Of a stretch of DNA of 64,000 bases, positions 25,866 through 36,490 are shown piece after piece. Source of the stretch: Octopus vulgaris (taxonomy: Eukaryota); the NCBI GenBank assembly GCA_951406725.2, contig OX597816.1:53196001-53260000 (forward strand). The letters run 5' to 3'. The notes under the pieces are model-generated. The model was not told the DNA's origin. It made no database searches and saw only the letters and a program-made list of their open reading frames with translations. Made by a program: the position numbers and the translations under genes. Within the stretch, counting starts at the first letter, position 1. Every line of letters begins with the position of its first letter.

Positions 25866-26139
25866 AGAGACCATCTCATCCATGATTTTGCCTTTCATTG
25901 TTTCCATTTCACATTACACTTGCCCAAGGTGCCACACAGTACAAGGAAATCCAAAACCATTTGGTCGCAAAGTGAATTTGCTGATTCTACAGATATGTCT
26001 GATCACAAATGTATACACCGCAATGAACAATTTAAAGTTGGAATATATGAAAAAGACTGCAGAGTCCCATTAGAAATGCTCTTGACCATACATCTATTGG
26101 ATAAGGGCTGGCCTAGTGCTAAACAATAATGACTATTGC

Positions 26140-26398
26140 AATGCATGCATGCATGCATGCATGCATGCATGCATGCATGCATGCATGCATACATACATAC
26201 ATACATACATACATACATACATACATACATACATACATACATACATACATACATACATACATACATACATACATACATACATACATACATACATACATAC
26301 ATACATACATACATACATACATACATACATACATACATACATACATACATACATACATACATACATACATACATACATACATACATACATACATACAT
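26140..26398. repeat. (ATGC)n followed by long perfect (ATAC)n
   Basis: Direct reading. Confidence 0.97.
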
Positions 26399-26598
26399 GA
26401 CAATGTCTTCATACCTTCCTCTCCTGTGTCACTTTCTTAGCAATACCTAATATTTCTACATTTGCCATCTACCTGAATAACAGATTGTTTTCAGTCTAAA
26501 TCATCTGTCTGTAATCGTTAATACAATCTGTATGAACGCATCTATGACCTCTCATATCATTTGCATATGTTTCTATGTGCCTGTATCCTCTGATGCTC

Positions 26599-26658
<60 letters not shown>

Positions 26659-26731
26659 TATATACATATATATATATACATACATATATATATATACATA
26701 CACATATATATATATATACATATATATATAT

Positions 26732-26774
<43 letters not shown>

Positions 26775-27154
26775 CATATATATATATATATATATAAAAC
26801 CTCCCATACCACCTGTATATGTATGTCTGCAACTTCAGATGTTATCTGTATTTCGATGTCTGTGCGCGTGATTTTCTGAAACTTCTGTGTGTGTTTGTGT
26901 AATTTCTGAAAGTGTGTATATGCCCATAACTTCTGGTATCATATGTGTATGCGCATGTGTGTGTGTACGTGCACATTAGTCTAAATGTGTGAATGTATGT
27001 AATCTTCACACCATCTATGTATATGTATGTGTTTGTAAATTCTAACAGCCATTTTTTAGTTTATAACTTCTGTTATCATTTGTGTGTGTATATGAATGTG
27101 AACATCACCTCTCATACACTGTGTCGGTGTCTGTCTTACCTCCGATATTATAAA

Positions 27155-27328
27155 CATTATTTACTTTATTTACATTATTTACATTTGATGGATATTTGTC
27201 CTCATCTTGTTTGTTATTAACACAGCGTTTTGGCTGAAATACCCTCCAGCCTTCTTCAGGTGTCTTGGGGAAATTTGGAAATTTCGAACTTGGGTTCTCA
27301 TCCCCAAGGTATTTTTCAATGTTATTAC

Positions 27329-27359
<31 letters not shown>

Positions 27360-27462
27360 TCTTCAGGTAACTGCTTGGAATCGAACTCAGAATCTTGGGG
27401 TTAGTAGCCCGCGCTCTTAACCACTACGCCATATGCCCACAGGCATATGGCGTAATGGTTAA
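27155..27462 (-). mobile_element. tRNA-headed non-autonomous element with decayed minimal hammerhead (Penelope-dependent type)
   Basis: A box TGGCGTAGTGG, B box GAGTTCGATTCC, (AAT)n, then GACAC-CTGAAGA-A-GGCTGGA..TTCAGCC-AAAA-CG-CT-GTGTT at 27219-27264; ~21-bp fold-back at the head. Confidence 0.65.
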
Positions 27463-28432
27463 ATATAGAACTTTGATATTATACTCCTATAAGTGACCAT
27501 TAGCTCTGAAACCATCTGTCTACATGTGTGTGTGTGTGTGTACATATGTGTAACTTCTGATATTATCTGTAACCTTTGATAACATCTGTGTGTGTGTGTG
27601 GCTATGTCTGAATCAGAGTGTAGAATTCTGAGATACTGTCTGTGTGTAAGTATGTATAGAAACCTTAAATACTATCTGCTTGGCCATGTATTTCTATGTG
27701 TGTGTGTGCTTGTATCCATAAGTGTCCATTTGTGTATGAGCATGTGGAAAACTAAGATACTATCTGCATGTCTGTATGTGTCTAAGTGTGCTTATGTATG
27801 TGCTTGTGTACATGTCAGTATGCGTTCAATGTGTTCATATGTGTGTGTATGTAAAAGCCTTAGATACCATTTGTGGACATAACCTCTAACACCTTGCTTT
27901 GTCATCAAAACACAATATACAATATACACTCAGTCATGTATTATACAATCACATCCTTTTTATCATTTTTTACAATATACAATCATAGCATTTGCATATA
28001 ATGGACAAAACAGTGAATAGCATACATACTATCTCAATGTACTTCCATTCAGCTTTTCTCTTGATTTCACATTGCATATCAAATCAGAGAAAAAAAAATC
28101 ATTTCTGTATATAGCTGTATGCATAACATAGGGAGACATGTGATAGAAATAATAATCATTGCACAGCATACAAGCATATACAATTCCTATTGTATGAAAT
28201 ACATTGAAAACAGACACAGAAAATAGGCAGGGTTTCAAAAATATTTCTAAATATTTGTCTATGTGTGCACTATTCATAGTGTATGAGTGTGTGTGTGTGT
28301 GTGTGTGTGTGCGTGTGTGCACGTGAGAAAGAGTTATGATAGCAATGAACACAAAATGAAAGAAGACAACACAGGAGAGATAAGTTTGAACCAACATTGT
28401 ATAAGCTTAATCCTTAAAAGAAAAGCAAGGAG

Positions 28433-28468
28433 TCTTAACATTTTGGCTACTAGTCCTTCATCAGAAAA
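28433..28468 (-). ncRNA. Decayed minimal hammerhead motif
   Basis: TTTT-CTGATGA-A-GGACTAGTAGCC-AAAA-TG-TT-AAGA; the deviations from GAAACGTT are CpG-type transitions. Confidence 0.4.
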
Positions 28469-28509
28469 AATATTTATGTGCTTGTATGCATACAAATTCA
28501 CATAATACA

Positions 28510-28514
<5 letters not shown>

Positions 28515-28544
<30 letters not shown>

Positions 28545-28740
28545 TTGTGTTTGTCCCCCCAACATCGCTTGACAACCAATGCTGGTGTGTTTATGTCCCT
28601 GTAACTTAGCGGTTCAGCAAAAGAGACTGATAGAATAAGTACTAGGCTTCCAAAGAATAAGTCCAGGGGTCAATTTGCTCGACTAAAGGCAGTGCTCCAG
28701 CATGACCACAGTCAAATGACTGAAACAAGTAAAAGAGTAA
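28515..28740 (+). mobile_element. SINE family A, 3' half
   Basis: High identity to other copies. Confidence 0.85.
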
Positions 28741-29075
28741 GGCATTTTGTCTAACACTCTAAATATTTGAGCAACCGACTGTGCTGGACTGGTACTTTAC
28801 TGATTTTGAAAAGATGATGAGCAAAGCTGACCTTGTGACTGTGGTTTCAATTCCTGGAGTGAGCAGTGCCTTATGTTCTTAAACAGAACACTTCAGATCA
28901 CATTGCTTTAGTCCACTTAGTTGTGAATGAGTTCCAGCATAGCTGGGAAATTAGCCCTTGCATCCACAAGTTTATCAGGCTAGAAGAAAATGATTTGATC
29001 ACGAAACACATGTGTGCATGTGTCAGTGTGTGTTTGCATGCATGTGTCTGTGTGTGCGTGCACATGTACATGCGC

Positions 29076-29107
<32 letters not shown>

Positions 29108-29586
29108 CTTTGTGTCTGTGTTTGTCCTCCACTGCCTTTTAACAACCGATGTTGGTGTGTTTACACCCACCATAACTTAGCAGGTCAGCAAATCAGACTG
29201 ATTGAATAAGTACCAGGCTTAAAAAAATAAAGTACCAGGGCTAATTCATTTGGCTAAGATTCTTCAAAGCAGTGCACCAGCATGGCTGAAACAAATAAAA
29301 GATAAATAATAATAAAAAAAACGCACCAAAAACATGAAGGAAGCCAGCTTCAGAAGGGTGACCAAAAACAGACATATGCAACAGTAAAAACTACTAAAGA
29401 CAACTAAGATCTACGTAATGATATTAAATAGAACAACAGTTTAAGGATGGGAATTGTTCCCACTAATGAGCTTTCATACAGTCTCCATCAAAAGAAGACA
29501 ACCCCTGTTGTTGACATTGAGTAGCATGGTCCTTTCCTCTTCCATATTCTAGAGAGGTCACTCGCTCGAGCAGCCTCAAGCCAACA

Positions 29587-29659
29587 GGTTTTGAGATCTG
29601 ATGATACACCACAAAGCTAGAGCTTTATGGACGTGAAACCCAAGGTAATCCCATAAACC
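29587..29659 (+). ncRNA. Type I hammerhead ribozyme with intact catalytic core
   Basis: GGTTTTGAGAT-CTGATGA-T-AC.CCACAAAGC(TAGA)GCTTTATGG..GT-GAAA-CC(CAA)GG-TA-ATCCCATAAACC; stems I, II and III all pair; predicted cleavage after A29647. Confidence 0.75.
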
Positions 29660-29703
29660 AGCCTTATCTAAACTTATTTATATATTATATATTAAAACTA
29701 TTA

Positions 29704-30164
29704 AAACTATATTCCCTGGAGCGTAGGCGGGAAAGATATGCCATAATATACATCTGGAAGATCCTGGAGGGAAGTGTCCTGAACTTTGGCATCGAGAGTT
29801 ACGCAAATGCCAGAACTGGGCGCCACTGCGTGGTGCCTAGGACTCCAAACTTGCCATCAAGATGTAGGACAAGATTCTGTGATAGCCTGGGCTTCCGAGG
29901 CCCACAGCTCTTCAATATCCTCCCGAAGAACCTGAGAGACCTGCATGGGGTGGATGCAGATGTCTTTAAAATGAAGCTGGATCTCTTCCTGTCAGGTGTC
30001 CCAGATGAACCAACTTCACGGCAGGAGGGGCAGATGAGGGCAGCTGCATCGAACTCTCTCATGCACCAAATGGCAGTTGCTAGAAAGCTTTCGTGAAGTG
30101 AAACCAAGTAGCAACACCAAATGGCGGTGCCCCAGCATGGCCACAGCTCATAAGCTGAAACTAG

Positions 30165-30196
<32 letters not shown>
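29704..30196 (+). mobile_element. 5'-truncated CR1-like LINE: ORF2 C-terminus, 3' UTR, (AATC)n tail
   Basis: Uninterrupted frame 29704-30096 KLYSLERRRERYAIIYIWKILEG...GPQLFNILPKNLR...FKMKLDLFLSGVPDEP; tandem-repeat tail. Confidence 0.9.
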
Positions 30197-30198
<2 letters not shown>

Positions 30199-30384
30199 AT
30201 ATATATATATATATATATGTATAATTTAATGTAAACAGTATAAAGATATGAGCTACTGAAAGTTTCTTGCTGTGGAAACATGTACCTAGGAAGGTTTTTA
30301 AAACACATCTTTTATCTCCAAGCAATTTCCAGCACATGCACACACACACACACACATATATATATATACATATATACATATATA

Positions 30385-30600
30385 TAGGTGTAAGAGTGGC
30401 TGTGTGGTAAGTAGCTTGCTTACCAACCACATGGTTTGGGTTCAGTCCCACTGCATTGCACCTTGGGCAAGTGTCTTCTACTATTGCCTCAGGCTACTAT
30501 CGCCTTGTGAGTATAAACTGAAAGAACTATGCATGTATATATGTTTGTGTGTGTGTTTGTCTCTCCAACTGATGCTGGTGTGTGTGTGTGTGTGTGTGTG

Positions 30601-30640
<40 letters not shown>

Positions 30641-30771
30641 TACACACATACACACACACATGCAAAGAGACCGATAGAATAAGTACTAGGCTTACAAAGA
30701 ATAAGTCCTGGGGGGTGATTTGCTCAACTAAAGGCGGTGCTCCAGCATGGCCACAGTCAAATGACTGAAAC
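30385..30771 (+). mobile_element. SINE family A with deletions
   Basis: Head and tail present. Confidence 0.8.
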
Positions 30772-31106
30772 GAATAATCCAAATCTTGCATGAGATTGTC
30801 TGAGAGACAAAATGGTGTTGAACATTTACCATTTTACATTCTGTAGCCCTAGGCTCTTAAAGTAGTGGAATAAAAGCCCCTTATTTATAAAAGAGAAAAG
30901 TGCAGGTAACAGGAAGAGCATCCATCTGGCTACACAAAAAAAACTGCCTCAAATAAAAAAAAGACCAGCCCAACCTTTGTAAAATTTAGCCATAAAGCAA
31001 ATTACTGAACTGAGTTGATATATTCAAGTTTGTCTTCTCGTTAATAAAGAGCAGGGTGAGTGAAAAAATTACTTACCATTTGTTAATTTAAAAGTCACCC
31101 AAGTAC

Positions 31107-31516
31107 ATACTCTTTTACTTGTTTCAGTCATTTGACTGCGGCCATGCTGGAGCACCGCCTTTAATCGAGCAACTCGACCCCAGGACTTATTCTTTTGTAA
31201 GCCCAGTACTTATTCTATCGGTCTCTTTTGCCGAACCGCTACATAACGGGGACATAAACACACCTGCATCGGTTGTCAAGCAATGCTAGGGGGACAAACA
31301 CAGACACACAAACACACACACGCATATATATATATATATATATACATATATACGATGGGCTTCTTTCAGACTCCATCTACCAAATCCACTCACAAGGCTT
31401 TGGTCAGCCCGAAGCTGTAGTAGAAGACACTTGCCCAAGGTGCCACGCAGTGGGACTGAACCCGGAACCATGTGGTTGGTAAACAAGCTACTTACCACAC
31501 AGCCACTCCTGCGCCT
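31107..31516 (-). mobile_element. SINE family A, full length
   Basis: High identity to other copies. Confidence 0.9.
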
Positions 31517-32162
31517 ATATATATATTTTGACTAAATATTTTATTTTTACTACAAGTTTTTGAGGATTACTTTTGTAGAGAAAAATGAATATTTCTCATG
31601 AAGTAAAGGCAAAACAATAAAAGCTTTGTTTTGTTTGGGGCATTTTTTGGAGTATTTAGTTCTATCACAATAGTTTCAGCTGCCTAGTCTCATTGGAGGT
31701 GCTTTTTTTTTTTTTACCTTTCATTTCTCCACACTCAATAAAATGAACATTATTCAATTTTTTTTTGCTAAAATATATAACTGGAAACATATGACCATAA
31801 ACTTCTCCTAAAAAGAATTATTTCTGAACCTTGTCAATAGAAATCACTATTTTATAACATAATTATTCTTTTCATCCTTTCAAGTGTATTTTTTTCTCTT
31901 GCTTCCTTCTCCTGTTGTTATCAGTAGAAATGGAGAAACAGAGTGCAGTTCCTGCTTCTTTCAGCAAACAATGTTGATAGGATAAATTTCCCTATTACAC
32001 TGCTTCATGATTTTATTCTGTATTCATTTTTTATTCTTTATAGAATATATTTCTTTAATTGCTAAGCAAACTAAATATGCAGCATGTGTATGTATTCATG
32101 TATCTGTATGCATGTATTTATGTATGTATGCATATATTTATGTATGTATGTATGTATGTATG

Positions 32163-32217
<55 letters not shown>

Positions 32218-32228
32218 TGAGAGAGAGA

Positions 32229-32307
<79 letters not shown>

Positions 32308-32317
32308 GTACATATAT

Positions 32318-32550
32318 ATTTCTTTATTGCCCACAAGGGGCTAAACATAGAGAGGACAAACAAGGACAGACAAAGGGATTAAGTCGATTACATCGACCCC
32401 AGTGCGAAACTGGTACTTTTATTTATCGACCCCGAAAGGATGAAAGGCAAAGTCGACCTCGGCGGAATTTGAACTCAGAACGTAACGACAGACGAAATAC
32501 CGCTAAGCATTCCGCCCGGCGCGCTAACGTGTCTGCCAGCTCGCCGCCTT
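32318..32550 (-). mobile_element. SINE family B, CpG-intact young copy inserted in (TA)n
   Basis: GGCGGCGAGCTGGCAG...GAGTTCAAATTCCGCCGAGGTCGACTTTGCCTTTCATCCTTTCGGGGTCGAT...GGGCAATAAAGAAAT. Confidence 0.9.
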
Positions 32551-32568
32551 TCATATATATATATGTAC

Positions 32569-32599
<31 letters not shown>

Positions 32600-33035
32600 T
32601 ATACATACACATATATATACATACACATATGCATGCACACACACACACACACACATATGCATCATCCAGGCCTGGTTAACCCACAAATATTCATCCACTA
32701 AGGCAGTGTTCAATATTAATGTTTATATATACATATACATACTATATACAACATATACACACACACACACATACATATATATACATATGAATATACATTT
32801 ATATTTACACTCACAGACACACACACACATATACGCACATACATACATGTATAGAGAGAAGAAAGAAAGGGAAAAGTGTGAGGTAAATAGGAATTATTCT
32901 TTGATAATTTTGCCACTGTGGTTATGCCCATGCTGTGGCACTGCCAGAAACACAAACAGAAGACAAAGAAGTGTGAAAGAGGAGAGGAAAAAAAGAGAAA
33001 CTAAAATGTGTATGTGTGTGTGTGTGTGTACGTAT

Positions 33036-33436
33036 CTCTCTTTTACTCTCTTTTACTTGTTTCAGTCATTAGACTGCAGCCATGTTGGAACACCACCTTT
33101 AGTCGAGCAAATCGACCCCAGGACTTATTCTTTGTAAGCCTAGTACTTATTCTGTCAGTCTCTTTTGCCGAACCACTAAGTTATGGGGAAGTAAACACAC
33201 CAACATCAGTTGTCAAGCGATGTTGGGGGGGTCAGACACAGACACACACATATATATACATATACATATATACAACGGGCTTCTTTCAGTTTCCATCTAC
33301 CAAATCCACTTACAAGCCTTTGGTTGGCCCGAAGCTATAGTAGAAGACACTTGCCCAAGGTGGCACGCAGTGGGACTGAACCCGGAACCATGTGGTTGGT
33401 AAGCAAGCTACTTACCACACAGCCACTCCTATGCCT
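33036..33436 (-). mobile_element. SINE family A, full length
   Basis: High identity to other copies. Confidence 0.9.
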
Positions 33437-33834
33437 ATTTAAAAAAAAGTAAAAAAAAAACACAAAATAAAAAAGGAGGGGGTGATATGGGACTTTGTGG
33501 TAGTAGTGATAGTAGTGGAGAAAATGATAGAAAGAAGATATGAGGAGGGAATTATGAGAAGGAGAGAGGTAGATAGAAAGGAAAAGCTATACAATTAGAC
33601 TGGAAGGAAAACAAAAATGCACAGTGAAAGATGAAAGTGAAAGGAAAGAGGAGAAAAATATGTTTTTAACTAACAATAATGAAAAATAATTATGAAAAAT
33701 AATAATGAAAATGTAGTGTCGTTGTTGATGTTGATGATGTTGTTGTTGTTGTTGCTATTTAACCCCAGGTCAACTCTGATGAAACAGACCTATGATCAAA
33801 AGAATACACGTCGTGACACTGCAGTCATCTTGCC

Positions 33835-33865
<31 letters not shown>

Positions 33866-34029
33866 CTTCTCCCTCTACTTATCTATCTAGCTATCTATCT
33901 GTATCTATCTATTAATCTATTTGTCAGTCTGTCTGTCTATATATTTTTGCCTCTATCCATCTCTCTTCTTCTCTCTCTATCTATCTATGTATCACCCTAT
34001 TTCTATCTTTATCTCTCTCTTTCTGTCCA

Positions 34030-34061
<32 letters not shown>

Positions 34062-34509
34062 AGTCTATCTATCTTTCTCTCTATCCATCCATCCATCCAT
34101 CAATCCATCTATCTGTCTGTCTGTATGTCTCAGTCTCACTCTCTCTGGAATAAAATGCCCCAGATTGCATCTTCTAAGGTGCCCCCACCATATTTTTTTT
34201 TAAGACGGTTAGGTGTGGTTTGAGGGAGATTTAGCAGCTGTTCCTACAGGTTGAATGATCACTCAGAGCTCCTGCATTGCACTGTATAGAGAAGTTTTAA
34301 AGGAATAAAGGAAATAAAGAAAAGGGGATGATGAAAATGCTTGTGGGAGGAAATGAAATTTGAGATAGAAAACACTAAACAGGATATGATAGATTTGTGA
34401 CAAAGATACAAAGGAGCAAGCTTTGACAATAAAACCATGCAGAGAGAGAGAGAGATACATACATACATAGATACATAGATAGACAGACCGACTAACAGAT
34501 AGATAGATG

Positions 34510-34543
<34 letters not shown>

Positions 34544-34699
34544 TAGATAGACAGACAGATAAATAGATAGATAGATAGATAGATAGATAGTTAGGTAGAC
34601 AGAGATAGAAAGAGAAAGAGAAAGAGAGTGAGAGAGAGTGTGTGTGTGTGTGTGTACGTGTGTGTGTGTGTGTGTGTGGCTGTGCGCACGTGTGTGTGT

Positions 34700-35249
34700 T
34701 ATGAGTTAGTGGTTGACAGAGTTGTCCGAGTGACTGTTTGGTTCATGTAGTGCCGGGATCCTTAGTTATATTTGTGTGGAGACACCAAGAGGCATTTATT
34801 TCGTTGAGGTTGACTGCTTGGTTGATCAATGTTGTGACAAGAAGTGCTTGTAACCTGTCCGCGGAGTGCCGAAGTTGAAAGAACAGGCATTGCTCGATGA
34901 ACTCTGGAAAATTTTCAGACCCCTAAATGTTAGCCAATAGCTAAACAGAGACGGTCGATGGTGAAGGGCAGTGAAATAAGAGAGTAGGGTGGGGTACAAA
35001 TGTTAGGGAATAGAGAAGAGAGAGAGAGAGAGAAAATGAATCATTGATGGTACAGGTGATGCTGTTTCACTGGATGAGGAAGTGACATAAGAGAGAGAAC
35101 AGAAAAGAAAATTAAAACAAAAAAAAATGAAGAACAGCAAGTAAACAAAAAGCGAAAATGGTTTCAAAGAAATTGTGGAGCAGGGTTCAGTTTTCAGGGA
35201 TGATGAAATATAGGGACAGAGATGAGAGATAGAAACGGATGAGGTAAGT
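34700..35249 (+). promoter_or_regulatory. Unique CpG-retaining island; candidate promoter or non-coding exon
   Basis: High-complexity non-TE sequence after GA/GT tracts, AGCCAATAG box at ~34932, consensus donor GAG|GTAAGT at 35243/35244, no ORF. Confidence 0.3.
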
Positions 35250-35689
35250 TGAGTTTAGAATTACCGAATTCCTCAGACACACAGTCACAAAACTCACAAA
35301 TTTCCCAGTATCTCTTTTATTTTAGCATCATCGTTATCGTACTTTCTCTTTCTCTTTCTCTCCCTCTCTCTTCCCATCTCATTCTCTCTCATTGTCTATC
35401 CTTTCTTTCACTCTTTCTTTCTTTAGCTCTGTACCTTTGTCAGTCAGTATGAATAGTTTTTCTCTTTCTCTCTTCCCCTCTCCCAGAAACAAAACACAAA
35501 CCAATAACAGAACATCAAGAAATAGCAGCCAAATCTCCCCCAAGGATAGGACACGCTATATAATGTAGTCCTACATATTTCTAAAGAGACAGGATAGTCA
35601 TGGCAGGGATGTCTTTCATCACACATCTGCTCGAACAGGGCTGGCCTGGGGCAAAACAATGTCAATAAAGCAGATACAACCAATAACAC

Positions 35690-36490
35690 ATGCACACATC
35701 CATATACACACGCACACACACACACACAAACTGACATTTAAGCATACACAAACCTACAAACCGATGCACAAATACATACACAGACATTCATATACACACA
35801 CACTCACAAACTGATCACATGCACACACATGCACAAACACACATACACAAATGCACAAACTGACACAGTTTCACACGTAAACTCAGACACACATGCACAC
35901 ACACACTCCAACACATTCCAACACATACACACACACACACACACATCCCCTCCAAACACACACACTCACACAAAGGCAGATGCACATACACACAAAGACA
36001 GACACATATACACACAGACACACATACACACACACAGAGCAATAATGACATGCACACACACACACACACACACATATAGCAACAATCATACAAACACACA
36101 CACACACACAGCAACAGTGACGCAAACACACACACACACAGACATGCACACAACACTCACACACATATACACATACACACATACTCACACAAACAGACAC
36201 ACACACACAAAAATCCACATGCATGCACGTGCACACACACACAGAGATACACACCTAGCAACAACGACAGAGATATATGCACACACACATACACAAAGAC
36301 AGACACACACACACATACTCACAGAAAGACAGACATACACACACAAACATAAAAATGACACAAACACACACACAAACTCACATACTCACAGAAAGGCAAA
36401 CAGACACATACAAAGACACACACACACACACACACACAGCGCGCACACATATACATACACAGCAAAAATGACACAAACACACACAGTCAC
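35690..36490. repeat. Degenerate (CA)n tract
   Basis: Direct reading. Confidence 0.9.

Noticed and set aside
25624-25930. ACACTTGCCCAAGGT repeated like a TSD
   Set aside because: Both are the same position of SINE family A heads, and the downstream one is far more diverged
27360-27440. Genuine tRNA gene
   Set aside because: A and B boxes are present but there is no pairing acceptor stem; like the other heads it is SINE-type
32217-33137. 306-aa ORF
   Set aside because: Runs through (TA)n, a SINE and (CA)n; not a gene
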